Shown here: piece after piece, positions 48,528-58,186 of the stretch
Layout of the letters: each line of letters starts with the position of its first letter
Position numbering within the stretch: the stretch's first letter is position 1
NCBI GenBank assembly: GCA_030447305.1
Contig: JAUJPC010000002.1
Coordinates: 384,927-448,926, forward strand
Direction of reading: 5' to 3'
Origin: Actinomycetota bacterium
GTDB lineage: Bacteria > Actinomycetota > CADDZG01 > JAHWKV01
Length of the DNA: 64,000 nt
Made by a program: the position numbers and the translations under genes
The notes under the pieces: model-generated
Seen by the model: only the letters and a program-made list of their open reading frames with translations
Told to the model about the DNA's origin: nothing
Databases searched by the model: none

Positions 48528-49893
48528 AGAAGAAATCCCCCTGGCCCCATTCAGCGCAAGCGGGACAGTCCGGTCGCCGAGGCGGCAGATCACATCGTTC
48601 CAGGACCCCCCGGCGTCCATCGTATTGCCACCATGCCGGCCCACGACCACCTCTAGCGAAACCAGTAATGAGATCGAGGGCACAGTTCACTGCTTCTGAA
48701 GCCAGCACCCCATTCATAGATGCGACCTGGGGCTCTCCTACGGCGTCCGGATTCAGGTCGTATCCCGGCGGACACTCTACCGCTTCCCTAGCGAGCACGG
48801 CGTCGGAGAGAAGCGGGCCACATTGAAGACAAGATGATTCGGGGAGAACCATAACCACTTGGCCGGACGCCGTGAGGAGCCTTCCATCTCTCCCAGTCCT
48901 AATGTTCATTCCGACGTCGATCAGCGGCAGATGATATCGGCGGCAGAAAACATTGATCTGCTGCCGTGCACCGAAAGTGTCTACTCAGGCAATGACTACA
49001 TCCATCCTCTTCAGAGCTTCACGGACGCTCGAGGATGGAAACCGCTCTCGTATTTCTATGATCGAAATGTCCGGGTTGATTGATGTTGCTAGACCAGCCA
49101 TCACCTCAGTTTTGAAGCTGCCCACGTTGGCTCTGGTCGCCCCAACCATTCTTCCCAACTGGACGTCCTCCACTCGCTGGTCGTCAACACCGATCAGCGT
49201 CCCGACGCCTTGATGGGCAAGCTGCTGGAATACATGGGAACCCCCTCCCGAAAGCCCGACCACCCCGATGGTGGCGTCGGCGAGTTGGGCGTCGCTCGGA
49301 GATCCTAGGGCTCTGGTCTGACGATCCAGCTGAAAGCGGGATGGTCGTTTTGAAGACGGCCTGGGCTGCCACCTTGGCGTGCCGACCACTTTCAGACCAG
49401 CAAGATCTCCTATCGATTGCCCGTCTTTCCAAAACCTCCCGGCCGCGGTGCCTTGGCCGAGCACGACCGATCCATTCAGGCGGCCGGAAAGAATCCGGCT
49501 AATCGGGGGAAAGAGTTTGCCCGCATTAGCGAAGTCGGGGGCGGACAGACGCGGTCGCTGGGTATCTCCGTGAGAATGGACAAGGACCAGACCGAAACCA
49601 CCTTGCATGGCAGCTTCGATCGCCCGAGAATTGAATGTCGCAGGCCAAGCTAACTGATGATCTTTCCGGCTTCGATCGGCTTGGTCGGGCGGCACGGGCA
49701 TCCATCTGCCGGCAATGAGGATGAAGTCCTCCGCTGATCTAGCAACTCGGCAAAGAAGAAAACCGCTCTGTTCGCCGATCGAAAAGTCCTCAACGTGGCT
49801 CCGAACGACCTTAAAAAGGGCAGCATTTATCCTGAGCTCGATTTTTGCAATGGCTGGGTCGTGAGCACGGAGTGAGGTTGAGAACTCGATCAA
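48523..49893 (-). CDS. JAB/MPN (JAMM) metalloprotease fused to E1-like (ThiF/MoeB) adenylyltransferase; single in-frame TGA (Sec candidate or nonsense)
   Basis: Track ORFs 48985..49893 and 48523..48909 share one frame, split by TGA at 48985-87; JAMM motif VLVHSHGDTQRPRLSAPD with upstream Glu; E1 Gly-rich loop GVVGLSGGGSHV, Arg-finger region, CLQC and CPAC; TTG start overlaps upstream stop (TTGA). Confidence 0.55.
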
Positions 49894-50258
49894 ATGTCCT
49901 CCCTAAACCGATTGAGCCACAACTGGACCGCCCTGGTCGGGGTCAAAGGCTCCTGAGGCCAGGCAAAGGCAAAGCTAAACTGCCGCCACGATTCCCCCAG
50001 AATCAGCTGGTCGCTGGAGCTGCGGGGCGGTTGCCCACTCGGCGTGAGGGCTGCCACATCGATCCAGAAATCTGGACGGGCATGAGGCCAGTTCACGAAA
50101 CGGACCATCGCTCTAACCGGAGAACCCCAGGGGGGAAGGAGGTGGACCTTTGGGAGAAGAACATGAAGCGGCTGGTCAGGACCAGGAGTCACGTCTAGAG
50201 CCTCCGAAAAGGAATTAGAGAGGTCTTCGACTATGGCCCTGCGCTCGACATCTTCCAT
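49890..50258 (-). CDS. hypothetical protein between Ubl and JAB-E1 genes (possible E2-like or adaptor; no Cys)
   Basis: 122 aa ORF; ATG overlaps Ubl stop (TGATG), stop overlaps JAB-E1 start; no cysteine present. Confidence 0.5.
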   Translation of the reverse strand: MEDVERRAIVEDLSNSFSEALDVTPGPDQPLHVLLPKVHLLPPWGSPVRAMVRFVNWPHARPDFWIDVAALTPSGQPPRSSSDQLILGESWRQFSFAFAWPQEPLTPTRAVQLWLNRFREDI

Positions 50259-50527
50259 CAGCTTACGCCCCCGCCGCCGATGGCCTCGAAATGCATTCCA
50301 GACTTGACGTCAATCGCTTCGTGATCCGCTAGGACCATTCGCCCATTTCCGTGAACCAAATACAAGACATCGGTTGAGTCCACGCCCAACTCGGCCTTTA
50401 GCCGGTCTACGGTGGTCTCCCCCGCACTTACGGTTTTTTGCTCGTCCCCGAGCTTTACGTGCGCCAGCTTTGCCTTTTCGTCGGTCTTCGTTTCAACCAC
50501 CTCCCGAGTACATCGTTGATTGCACAA
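50258..50527 (-). CDS. ubiquitin-like beta-grasp protein (ThiS/MoaD-like) with C-terminal GGGG-VS
   Basis: Small beta-grasp-like sequence ending HFEAIGGGGVS; first gene of a coupled three-gene unit; exact start uncertain (TTG 50527 or GTG 50500). Confidence 0.5.
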   Translation of the reverse strand: MCNQRCTREVVETKTDEKAKLAHVKLGDEQKTVSAGETTVDRLKAELGVDSTDVLYLVHGNGRMVLADHEAIDVKSGMHFEAIGGGGVS

Positions 50528-50552
50528 CCACTTGTTTACGCTGAAGGGTTAC

Positions 50553-51047
50553 CTAGAGCCGATTAAGCAATCTGGCGTCCTTCAGGGCGATGAAGATGGC
50601 TTCGCGACTCACTTGATACCGGGTGGCCAAAGCCCCAGGGGTTCGGTACTTAGGAAGGTCCCGCCTGAGCCAAAGACTGGGAATCAGCAAGGCGCCGGCG
50701 AAGATGTTTGCTTGAGCCTCCGCCAACTGACTCTCGTTATGGGCGTGACCAAGGTGGTAATGGCCGAGCTCGTGAGCGAGACTGAAACGCTGCCGGACCT
50801 GGGCTTGGTTGGAGGCGAGCTCTATTTGCCTTTCGTTGGGTCGAAGCAGGGCGTCCACTCCCCTAGGCAAATCAGCCCTCACAACGATTAACCCGGCACT
50901 CTGCGCAAGCTCCTCGACCGGCACTGGTGGTTGGGTCACACCCGCCTTCTTGAGGACATTTGCAGCAACCCTTCGACAATGAGCCGCTCTAACGTCCTCT
51001 TTGGGCTCGAAAAACTCTACGGCTCCATCGTCTTCAAACTCCTCCAT
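50553..51047 (-). CDS. ImmA/IrrE family zinc metallopeptidase (CapP-like regulator candidate)
   Basis: HEXXH in SLAHELGHYHLGH with COG2856-like N-terminal region. Confidence 0.65.
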   Translation of the reverse strand: MEEFEDDGAVEFFEPKEDVRAAHCRRVAANVLKKAGVTQPPVPVEELAQSAGLIVVRADLPRGVDALLRPNERQIELASNQAQVRQRFSLAHELGHYHLGHAHNESQLAEAQANIFAGALLIPSLWLRRDLPKYRTPGALATRYQVSREAIFIALKDARLLNRL

Positions 51048-51204
51048 GCTTCAACCACCTCCTCGACGAAATCCTCGGCAATGGGGCGTGCGCGAGCCGG
51101 ATCTCGCTCTGATCCACCAAGGGCGGATGCCCGGTCCTCCGCCGACAGACCGCTCGTCCTTCCCAGGACCTGACTGCCTGTGCCGGGGAACGTGACAAAG
51201 CCTG

Positions 51205-51450
51205 TTACTGTTTGGACAAGCAATGTTGCCAAGAGCTAGGTCGAAGACCAACGGTTCTAAGGAGTCTTGCAAGGCCAGCCGCAGATAGGCTGCGCGGATC
51301 AGCCTTCCCGGCGAGAAGCTTTCGAGCCTCCGATTCGTGCCCTATAACCTCATAAACAAGCTCGTCCTCGTTCCACCCAGCTGATTTACCGGCTTTGAGA
51401 ATCATGTCTGCGAGAAGGCTTGAGCTTGCCGTGGCCGCAGCCTTGACCAC
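51205..51450 (-). CDS. XRE-like helix-turn-helix protein (CapH-like repressor candidate)
   Basis: ELVYEVIGHESEARKLLAGKADPRSLSAAGLARLLRTVGL resembles HTH_3 helices; 5' end overlaps transposase remnant, boundary uncertain. Confidence 0.35.
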   Translation of the reverse strand: MVKAAATASSSLLADMILKAGKSAGWNEDELVYEVIGHESEARKLLAGKADPRSLSAAGLARLLRTVGLRPSSWQHCLSKQ

Positions 51451-51873
51451 CCTTTGTCGAAGTTCCTCGGGAACCTCTACCGCAGAGGCAGAATCGGCCT
51501 CGTACTCCGGCTCCGTAATTCCTGACGTGTAAGCCTGAGACCTTGTGGACCCCGTTGGGCGAGATCTTGATCGATCCCCATTTGCGCCGGGCCAGCTCGT
51601 CGCTGATGCGTTGCGGACCCACGGTGGGAAACGCCAGGGCGAACGCGATCACCCGCTGCTCAATCATCGGTGAGGTGGCGTTGGGCATCCGGGGCCGCCG
51701 GCGCTCCCGGGGGCCAAGATCTCGATGCCGAAACGCTCGACCTGGCCCTTCCAGCGGTAGTAGGTCGAGGGATGGATCCCCATTGCCCGGCAGGCGGCTC
51801 TTACATTGCCCATCTCGTGAGCTAGTCCAAAGACTCGTACTCTGAACCGGAACAGGGCATCATCTTGAGTCAA
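51386..51873 (-). mobile_element. IS481-family transposase N-terminal remnant (frameshifted, no DDE core)
   Basis: Two overlapping ORFs with HTH region (AACRAMGIHPSTYYRWK) and GPQRISDELARR segment; no integrase core follows. Confidence 0.55.
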
Positions 51874-52877
51874 GGCGACGTCTCCTTTCTGCTCGACGTG
51901 GTGGTCAAACAGAAGGATGCGTCGCCTCCAAGTTGAGTCGTGGATTTGCGACAGTGTCGCTACGTCTCGGAGATAGGACAGCCTAAGTCGGCTCCCTCAA
52001 CAGATGAAGCGTGGCGATGTCAGCCGTACTTCTGGGATCGCGTAGCCATGCCGCTCCCATACAGGCTTGCTTTCTGTGCGCCGGCGCCCGCCGGAGGTCT
52101 TGTGGCAGGGGAGTGAAGGCGACTGGATCCCCTGACAACTTAATGACGGCCGATAGAGCCGGGTTGGGGGGCAGGCTCAAGGGATCACCGCAACTCCCTT
52201 CGTCCGCTAGCCAGGTAGCCTGGCTGATTAGTCGCGCTGTTGCGGTGATCCCTTGACCCTGCCCAGTGGAGGTTAGGGAAGCGGATACGAACCGGGCGAT
52301 GACCGCCAGGGCCGGTGTTGCGGCTCCAAGCGCGGCGCCACAGCCGTCGGACGTGCCTAAACGAACTGCTCGACACGGCTGACAGGCTCCGCCAGCGGAG
52401 CGGGCGAGACACGTTCAGAGACGAGAACTGCTGAGCGAGGTCTTCTCAAGTGACGTCGGCTACCAGCGCCAGCCCGTCTACAAGACGATGAGGCGGATGA
52501 CAGCGCAGGAGGCCGACGGAGGACCGCCCGACTTCGAGCAACGGACGGCTGCGGGTCATCGCGAACGCGAAGCGATGACTGATCAGGATCAGGACCTACT
52601 TCCGGCATGGCGTTCGCGCCAGACAACACATCGCTAACACTCCGCACCCGGCGGGCGAGGGCCGCACCGGAGTGTCCGCCGGATCTCAAGCCGACGCCGA
52701 GCCGATGTCTGCTCACACACGTTCCCGGCACCCACGACGTCGAAGCCGTTGCCCGTCCGCCGGATAGGCTTGACCTCGTGATTCTCCCTGTTGCCTTCAC
52801 CGGCGGCGAGATCGGGGCCTGGCGGGTTGAGCGCATCGACGCTGTCGTAGGCGCACCGCTGCCCATCGTCTCGCGAC

Positions 52878-53321
52878 TTGGCATGGTGGAGGGGCAAAGG
52901 GCCATCGCCGCGACATCAACCTGGGTACTCGCGCGGAGTGACGAGCGACCAGCGCTACACGGGGCGGGCAGAGCACGAAGCTCTCGCCGCCAAGCAGGCG
53001 CAACTCGGGCGGTCGGAAGCGACCTGCGCCGCCCTCATCCCCATCACTAAGTCGGAGGCTTGGTGGGGGCTCACCCAGGACGAGCGGCGGGAAATCTTCG
53101 AGGAGCGCTCGCACCATATAGCCATCGGTTTGGAGTACCTGCCCGCAGTCGCTCGCCGTCTTCATCACGGCCGCGACCTTGGCGAAGCATTCGACTTCCT
53201 TACCTGGTTCGAGTACCCGGAGGAGAGCCGTGCTGCGTTCGAGGAGCTCGTCGCGCGTCTTCGATTGACGCCTGAGTGGGAGTTCGTGGAGCGGGAGATC
53301 GACATCCGTCTCACTCGGTAG
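52878..53321 (+). CDS. chlorite dismutase/HemQ family-like protein, possibly truncated
   Basis: C-terminal-domain-like pattern (IPITKSEAWWGLTQDERREIFEE...DFLTWFEYPEE); N-terminal half not found in frame. Confidence 0.4.
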   Translation: MAWWRGKGPSPRHQPGYSRGVTSDQRYTGRAEHEALAAKQAQLGRSEATCAALIPITKSEAWWGLTQDERREIFEERSHHIAIGLEYLPAVARRLHHGRDLGEAFDFLTWFEYPEESRAAFEELVARLRLTPEWEFVEREIDIRLTR

Positions 53322-53649
53322 CCCAAGGCCTCGACATTCACGGCACGCTCCGGCCGCGGCACGGGTCCGTCGCCACAACGCCCGAACCGCGAGCGGCTCG
53401 GGCGTCGACCTCACCGGGCCTGAGGACACCGGTTCGTATGGACTGTCATGAAGTGGAGCCGCGGTGTCTGAATTCACAGGATAGTGGACGGCAGGCTCAA
53501 CCGGCAGGGGGGAGCGCGCTTCTCGCCAGGACTTCGAGCGCGTATTGCCTGGATCTTCGATGGGCGGGCAAGAGACCCCGCTAGACAGTTGGCCTTTTAT
53601 CGAGGGGGGATCCTGGATCGCTGTTCGGCGAGGTTAACTCGATCCCGCG

Positions 53650-54396
53650 GTGAGGCAGCTCAAAACCGCACTCGGGAACGGAGCAGGAGCGGTCAACTCC
53701 GACGAGAACGTAGGCGGGGTTCTCAAACTGCTTGGCGGGGATCTACGTAATTCGGGACTGGCCTCAGCTTCCGACATTCCGCAGTTCGGGGTGGGCGCAG
53801 TCTCGGCACGGGAACTGGTGCAAGCCCTGAGGCTCGCTATACCTGGAGCCGAAGTCCAGATTCCAGTCATACGTCAAGGCAGTGGCGTACAGCGTCTCCT
53901 CCTGGTGTCGATCCTGCTTCGGCTTGCTCAATCCGGCGAGAACCCCTTGATTGGGCGCTTTGAAGAGCCGGAGGAAGCTCTAGAGCCTCTCAGGCAAACC
54001 CAGATGGCCAAGACGTTGGCCCAAATTGTGGGGCGTGGCGGACAAGTATTTGTCGTGACGCATTCCCCAGAGGTGGCTCGCGCCTTCTCAATCGATGACT
54101 TCCTCTTGCTTGAGGGGCGCTCGGCCGGGGGAGGTGCATCGGCTTCCCTGCCTGCCGGGCTTCGAGCCTGTAGCGAGGAACCACCAAGAGGGGTTTGCTC
54201 TGCCGGAGGAACTTGGCTACGTCCACCGCTGGCGGGAAATTGCCTTTCTCTTGGGGGACTAGCTCATCAGGTCATAGGTCTCCGAAGTAACCCGACGCAA
54301 CCAATGCTTCCGGCGAGTGGAGGTTCGGTGTGGCTGACCAGGACAATTTCGACAGCGCTGTGGAGCGGTTCCGCGAGGCTCTTCATGAGTACGTGA
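53650..54396 (+). pseudogene. C-terminal fragment of an ABC/AAA-type ATPase (OLD/RecF-like), N-terminal Walker A region missing
   Basis: Walker B/D-loop-like FEEPEEALEP and H-loop VFVVTHSPE; no upstream P-loop in any frame. Confidence 0.5.
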
Positions 54397-54557
54397 AGGG
54401 AGACCCACCAAGCAGTGATCGCATTCATGTCGCGACGCGACGACGTAACCCTCGCGCAGGCCCGGGCGGGGCGAGTGCTGGGTCTAGACCAATGTGGAGG
54501 AGCACCGCGCTGGTGAATAGATACCCCGAGCTCCAGTGAACCTCTGGTGGAATGTCG

Positions 54558-54573
54558 ATTAACCTCGGCTAAT
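54558..54573 (+). promoter_or_regulatory. candidate operator palindrome just upstream of DtxR-family gene start
   Basis: ATTAACCTCGGCTAAT, 12 of 16 positions palindromic, ends 8 nt before ATG. Confidence 0.3.
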
Positions 54574-54581
54574 CTCTCGAT

Positions 54582-55253
54582 ATGCCTGCTCATTCTCCCG
54601 CGGTTCAGGATTGCCTAAAGGCCATCTACATGCTCTCGATCGAGGGCGGCGAAGGGCACCCGGTCTCGACGCAGTCGCTGTCCGGCCGTCTGGGTATCAG
54701 CGCCGCGTCGGCCACGAACATGCTCAAGAAGCTGGCGTCTCTGGGCCTCGTGGATCACGTGAACTACCGCGGCGCGGAGCTGACGGAGCCGGGACGGAAG
54801 GTCGCGCTAGAGGTCATCCGCCACCACCGCTTGCTCGAGACCTATCTGGCCGAGGCGCTGGGGGTGCCCTGGGATCAGGTGCACGCGGAGGCCGAGGTGC
54901 TAGAGCATGTCTTGTCAGAGGACCTAGAGGACCGCATCGCCGCACGCCTGGGGAATCCGACGGTCGACCCCCACGGCCATCCCATCCCGGCCAAGGATGG
55001 GTCGATGCCGCTGCTATCGCAGCGGCGGCTGTGGGAAGCGGGGGCGGGTGAATCGGTCGCGGTCGACCGCGTGTCAGACGCAGACGCCGAGGCGCTTCGT
55101 TATCTGGCGGAGCTCGGCATCAAGCCCGGCTCGCGGTTACAAGTCATCGGCAGAGGCCCCGTCGGCGGGCCGCTGTTCGTGACCGTCGAGGACGGGACGC
55201 ACGAAGTGAGCGCGCTATCTAAGGAGATCTCGGAGGTCGTATGGGTCGCATAG
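54582..55253 (+). CDS. DtxR/IdeR/MntR family metal-dependent transcriptional regulator with C-terminal SH3-like domain
   Basis: N-terminal HTH (STQSLSGRLGISAASATNMLKKL), metal-site and dimerisation region, FeoA-like C-terminus. Confidence 0.85.
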   Translation: MPAHSPAVQDCLKAIYMLSIEGGEGHPVSTQSLSGRLGISAASATNMLKKLASLGLVDHVNYRGAELTEPGRKVALEVIRHHRLLETYLAEALGVPWDQVHAEAEVLEHVLSEDLEDRIAARLGNPTVDPHGHPIPAKDGSMPLLSQRRLWEAGAGESVAVDRVSDADAEALRYLAELGIKPGSRLQVIGRGPVGGPLFVTVEDGTHEVSALSKEISEVVWVA

Positions 55254-55712
55254 ACAGAAGGAGTTTCTTGAGACGCGCCGGCGCTTCCGGCGCTCTAGGT
55301 GGAGCCGCGGTGCTGGGGCAGGGACCCGCTCGTCGCGCAGGAGACGTCGCAGCATGATGCGCAGGACTCGTCTTCGGTGCACCCACTCACGGCCACGGCT
55401 ACGGCGCCGTCGGCCGCGTTGACTACGCCCGCAACGGCTTCACGCCGCAGGAGCTCCTCACGGAGTTCGACACCGGAGCGATCTCGAGAGACAGACCGGA
55501 CGAACGTCCGCGAGTTCGAGATCCCCGCCGTCGACAAAGAGATTGAGGTCGCGCCCGGCGCCTTCTTTCCGGCTTGGACCTTTAACGGCCGCGTCCCCGG
55601 CGCCAGCCTCCGCGCCGCCGAACGAGACCGCGTTCGCGTCACGCTGACGAACGCCTGCGCCCACCCCCACACGATGCACTTCCCACGGCATACACCCGTC
55701 CGAGAACGTTAA
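55241..55712 (+). pseudogene. multicopper oxidase N-terminal fragment with Tat signal, frameshifted and truncated
   Basis: Tat motif RRSFLRRAGASGALGGAAV in one frame, in-frame stop about 55355, then cupredoxin domain 1 in another frame (VPGASLRAAERDRVRVTLTN...HTMHF). Confidence 0.55.
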
Positions 55713-55769
55713 AACGCGGTCGCTTGCTTCAACTCTGGGGCGATCGCGCGACCCCCTACATCGGGCCGG

Positions 55770-56231
55770 TCAGCGTTCTGATCCCACGGCCCAAACCTCC
55801 CAGTCGTCATTTGAGATGCGCTGGCCATAGATGTCAGTGGCGTCGGTGATAACGAAGTCAAGTTCGTCGTCGGAACAGCGCGGTTCGACGTCGTTGTCAC
55901 AAGGTGGATCCTCAGAGTGCAGTGCTCGGTCGAGGGTCACTCGCGCTGTCGTCCCTTCGTTGATCAACACCACGCTCGAAGCCTCGTGGGAGTGGGGAGT
56001 GTCATGGTCCCAATGCGGAGCGTGGAAGACCCGAAGCACGGGATCCGTCATCGTTGAAGAAAGGGGGTTGTTGAACGTGACATCGACCACCTTCGAATCC
56101 TGCACCCGCACTGATTTCAGCTGAAATGCTGGCACCGTCGAGCCAGAGTGTCCTTGAGCGATGCCACTACCGGCGAGAACGGATGCAACTGTCGCTGACG
56201 CTAACAAAGCCTTGCTAAAGGTCTTCAACAT
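55770..56231 (-). CDS. secreted His-rich protein, hypothetical (possible metal-binding)
   Basis: Signal peptide; HAPHWDHDTPHSHE. Confidence 0.45.
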   Translation of the reverse strand: MLKTFSKALLASATVASVLAGSGIAQGHSGSTVPAFQLKSVRVQDSKVVDVTFNNPLSSTMTDPVLRVFHAPHWDHDTPHSHEASSVVLINEGTTARVTLDRALHSEDPPCDNDVEPRCSDDELDFVITDATDIYGQRISNDDWEVWAVGSER

Positions 56232-56311
56232 TCTCTTCTTACCTCCTATTGCGATTAGGGATCTATGTGCATGCTTTGAATCATTTCGACCACAGGGCGG
56301 CCCTTCACGCC

Positions 56312-57451
56312 TCAGGGAGGTGCGCTGATCACGCTGCGTGAGTCTGCGTGTTCCACCGGCGGCTCGTGATCAAAGGCCCACCGGGACTCGGGGCGATGGA
56401 TCAGCCGGCGGGTCGGCGAGGGAGACGGGTTAGTGCTGACGGCCGGAGAGGTCGAGAACATCAGCCAACTCAGAGTGAGCCCCATCAGACTCGCTGCGAC
56501 GACTGTGCCCATCCACAACTCCAAGGGCCAGACCGCCCCGTATAATGTAGCCAACACCCAGAAGTAGGCGCTCCACGTCCCCAGCGGAACAACTGCAGCA
56601 AGGAAGTGAACCCGCTCCCCCGGACGCCCGTCGAAGCGCCACAAGAGCAGATCGGCGAGCAGGCCGCCGAGGCTGGCAGCGGCGACCAAACCGCCCAGAG
56701 CGAAACCGTTCAGAGCGCTCATCAGAATGGCGACGACCGTAAACAGCATGGTCGCGCTCCCCTGCGGCGGGATCCATCGACGCATAAGGACCAAGAGGGG
56801 GGCGAGCAGCAAGAGAGTGGTTAGGAGGATTCCGCCAACGCGAGTCATAAGCACCACCTCATTCGCGCCTGACAGGGTCGCAGGGGATTCCTGCACGAGG
56901 TTTGCTTCCGACCAGCTCACGAACGGAGATAGATACTGCAGGTAGTAGGCAACGAACGCCGTCGTGAACGATAGGGCAAGCAGCCCCGGCAGCAGCCTGC
57001 TGAACGAAACCTCGCGCCCGATGCTGCTATCCAGCCACATCGCCCGAAGCGGAGTCGTCAGCACCAGAACCGTCCCAGCGAACGGCAGTACATGAAAAGT
57101 GCTGAGTACTCGAGCAAGCCCGGTCTCGACGCCGAACACCACATGCCATAGGGCATCGCCCGCAACGCCAAGACCCGCGATCGCCATACCTGCCACCGCT
57201 ACCCCATATCCCTGTGGCAGCCGAGAGAACCGAAATCGAAAAGGTCGCTGGTTACACGTGAGAATCGAGATGCCGCCTCCGAGGAACCCGGCGTACATCA
57301 TCGTGTGCCACGGCTCAAGGAAGGGAGCCAGCTTGGTTTCCAGGTTCAAGTGCGCCCAGCCGTCCAGGAACAGCCCGCCTACTGTGACAACGGCGAAAAC
57401 CGCTAGAACCAGGTGGTTACGCCAAGACGCCAGGGGGCCGTTATTAGTCAT
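56312..57451 (-). CDS. polytopic membrane protein, hypothetical (possible metal-related transporter)
   Basis: About 10 predicted TM segments; start set to ATG at 57451; palindromic sites in promoter. Confidence 0.55.
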   Translation of the reverse strand: MTNNGPLASWRNHLVLAVFAVVTVGGLFLDGWAHLNLETKLAPFLEPWHTMMYAGFLGGGISILTCNQRPFRFRFSRLPQGYGVAVAGMAIAGLGVAGDALWHVVFGVETGLARVLSTFHVLPFAGTVLVLTTPLRAMWLDSSIGREVSFSRLLPGLLALSFTTAFVAYYLQYLSPFVSWSEANLVQESPATLSGANEVVLMTRVGGILLTTLLLLAPLLVLMRRWIPPQGSATMLFTVVAILMSALNGFALGGLVAAASLGGLLADLLLWRFDGRPGERVHFLAAVVPLGTWSAYFWVLATLYGAVWPLELWMGTVVAASLMGLTLSWLMFSTSPAVSTNPSPSPTRRLIHRPESRWAFDHEPPVEHADSRSVISAPP

Positions 57452-57464
57452 CAAAAATCCTTTT

Positions 57465-57502
57465 ATTTAGTATGCTAAATATTATGTTTAGAGTACCCTA
57501 AA
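57465..57502 (-). promoter_or_regulatory. two AT-rich inverted repeats (ATTTAG-N4-CTAAAT and TTTAG-N6-CTAAA) upstream of the membrane protein gene; candidate metalloregulator operators
   Basis: Perfect 5-6 bp arms, 14-50 nt upstream of start codon; resemble TTAG...CTAA core of DtxR-family boxes. Confidence 0.35.
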
Positions 57503-58186
57503 TCATTGCCGCAGCGTATGTCAATGCCACGTTGGAGGCAGATGCGGTCGAAGGGACTCGGTCGACGCAGTCGATCGACTCGCGGAACGTTGAGGGAGCA
57601 CCATCGCAGCTCTATTGCCCCCGTGGTCGTTCGGCTTCGCCTCGTCCAGCCACCTCCCCAGCCGCCGGCCTGTTTCACTTAGCAGCGCCGCTCTCCCGAG
57701 GAGCAGGGTTAGGCAGCAAGGCAGGCGGGTCGATCCACTCGGAAGCCTTAGGCCGCAGGGTTACTCCGACAGCTTGATCTCGTAGTTGTGGGTAGGTCTA
57801 GCGGGGGGCGGCGAGGGTGGATCAAAGGAAGATCCGTAGGCCGCAACGAGGCGGTCATGCGGAATTCCAAATTACACTGATCGGTGAAGCCGCCGAAGGC
57901 CTCAGGCAGACGACGTTCATGGTCTTCTGTGAATGTGGCTATGCGGGGTGCCGCGAGAAGGTCGAGGTCGATCTTAGTGACTACGAACGGGTGCGCGCCC
58001 ACCCCCGCCGATTCAACAGGGAGCGAGGCGAGGGAACGTTCACGTGAAGTCTGACCAGACAGCTCCTCGAGTCATCTCCTTCTGGGTGCTCGCCGCCATG
58101 CTCACACTCTTCCTGTTCGCGGCCAGCGCTTGTGGGGTGCCAAAACCCCGATTTCCCACGCTAGGCGGCACAGTCGTACTCGTGAA

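Noticed and set aside
51017-51232. 71 aa minus-strand ORF between the ImmA-like and HTH genes
   Set aside because: No HTH or peptidase motifs; overlaps the ImmA start in another frame; probably intergenic or promoter sequence.
52000-52880. Several overlapping ORFs on both strands (for example 52357..52905 minus, 52607..53050 plus)
   Set aside because: Arg/Pro/Ser-rich with no family signatures and mutually overlapping; region looks non-coding or degraded. A frameshifted N-terminus of the chlorite-dismutase-like gene could not be confirmed.
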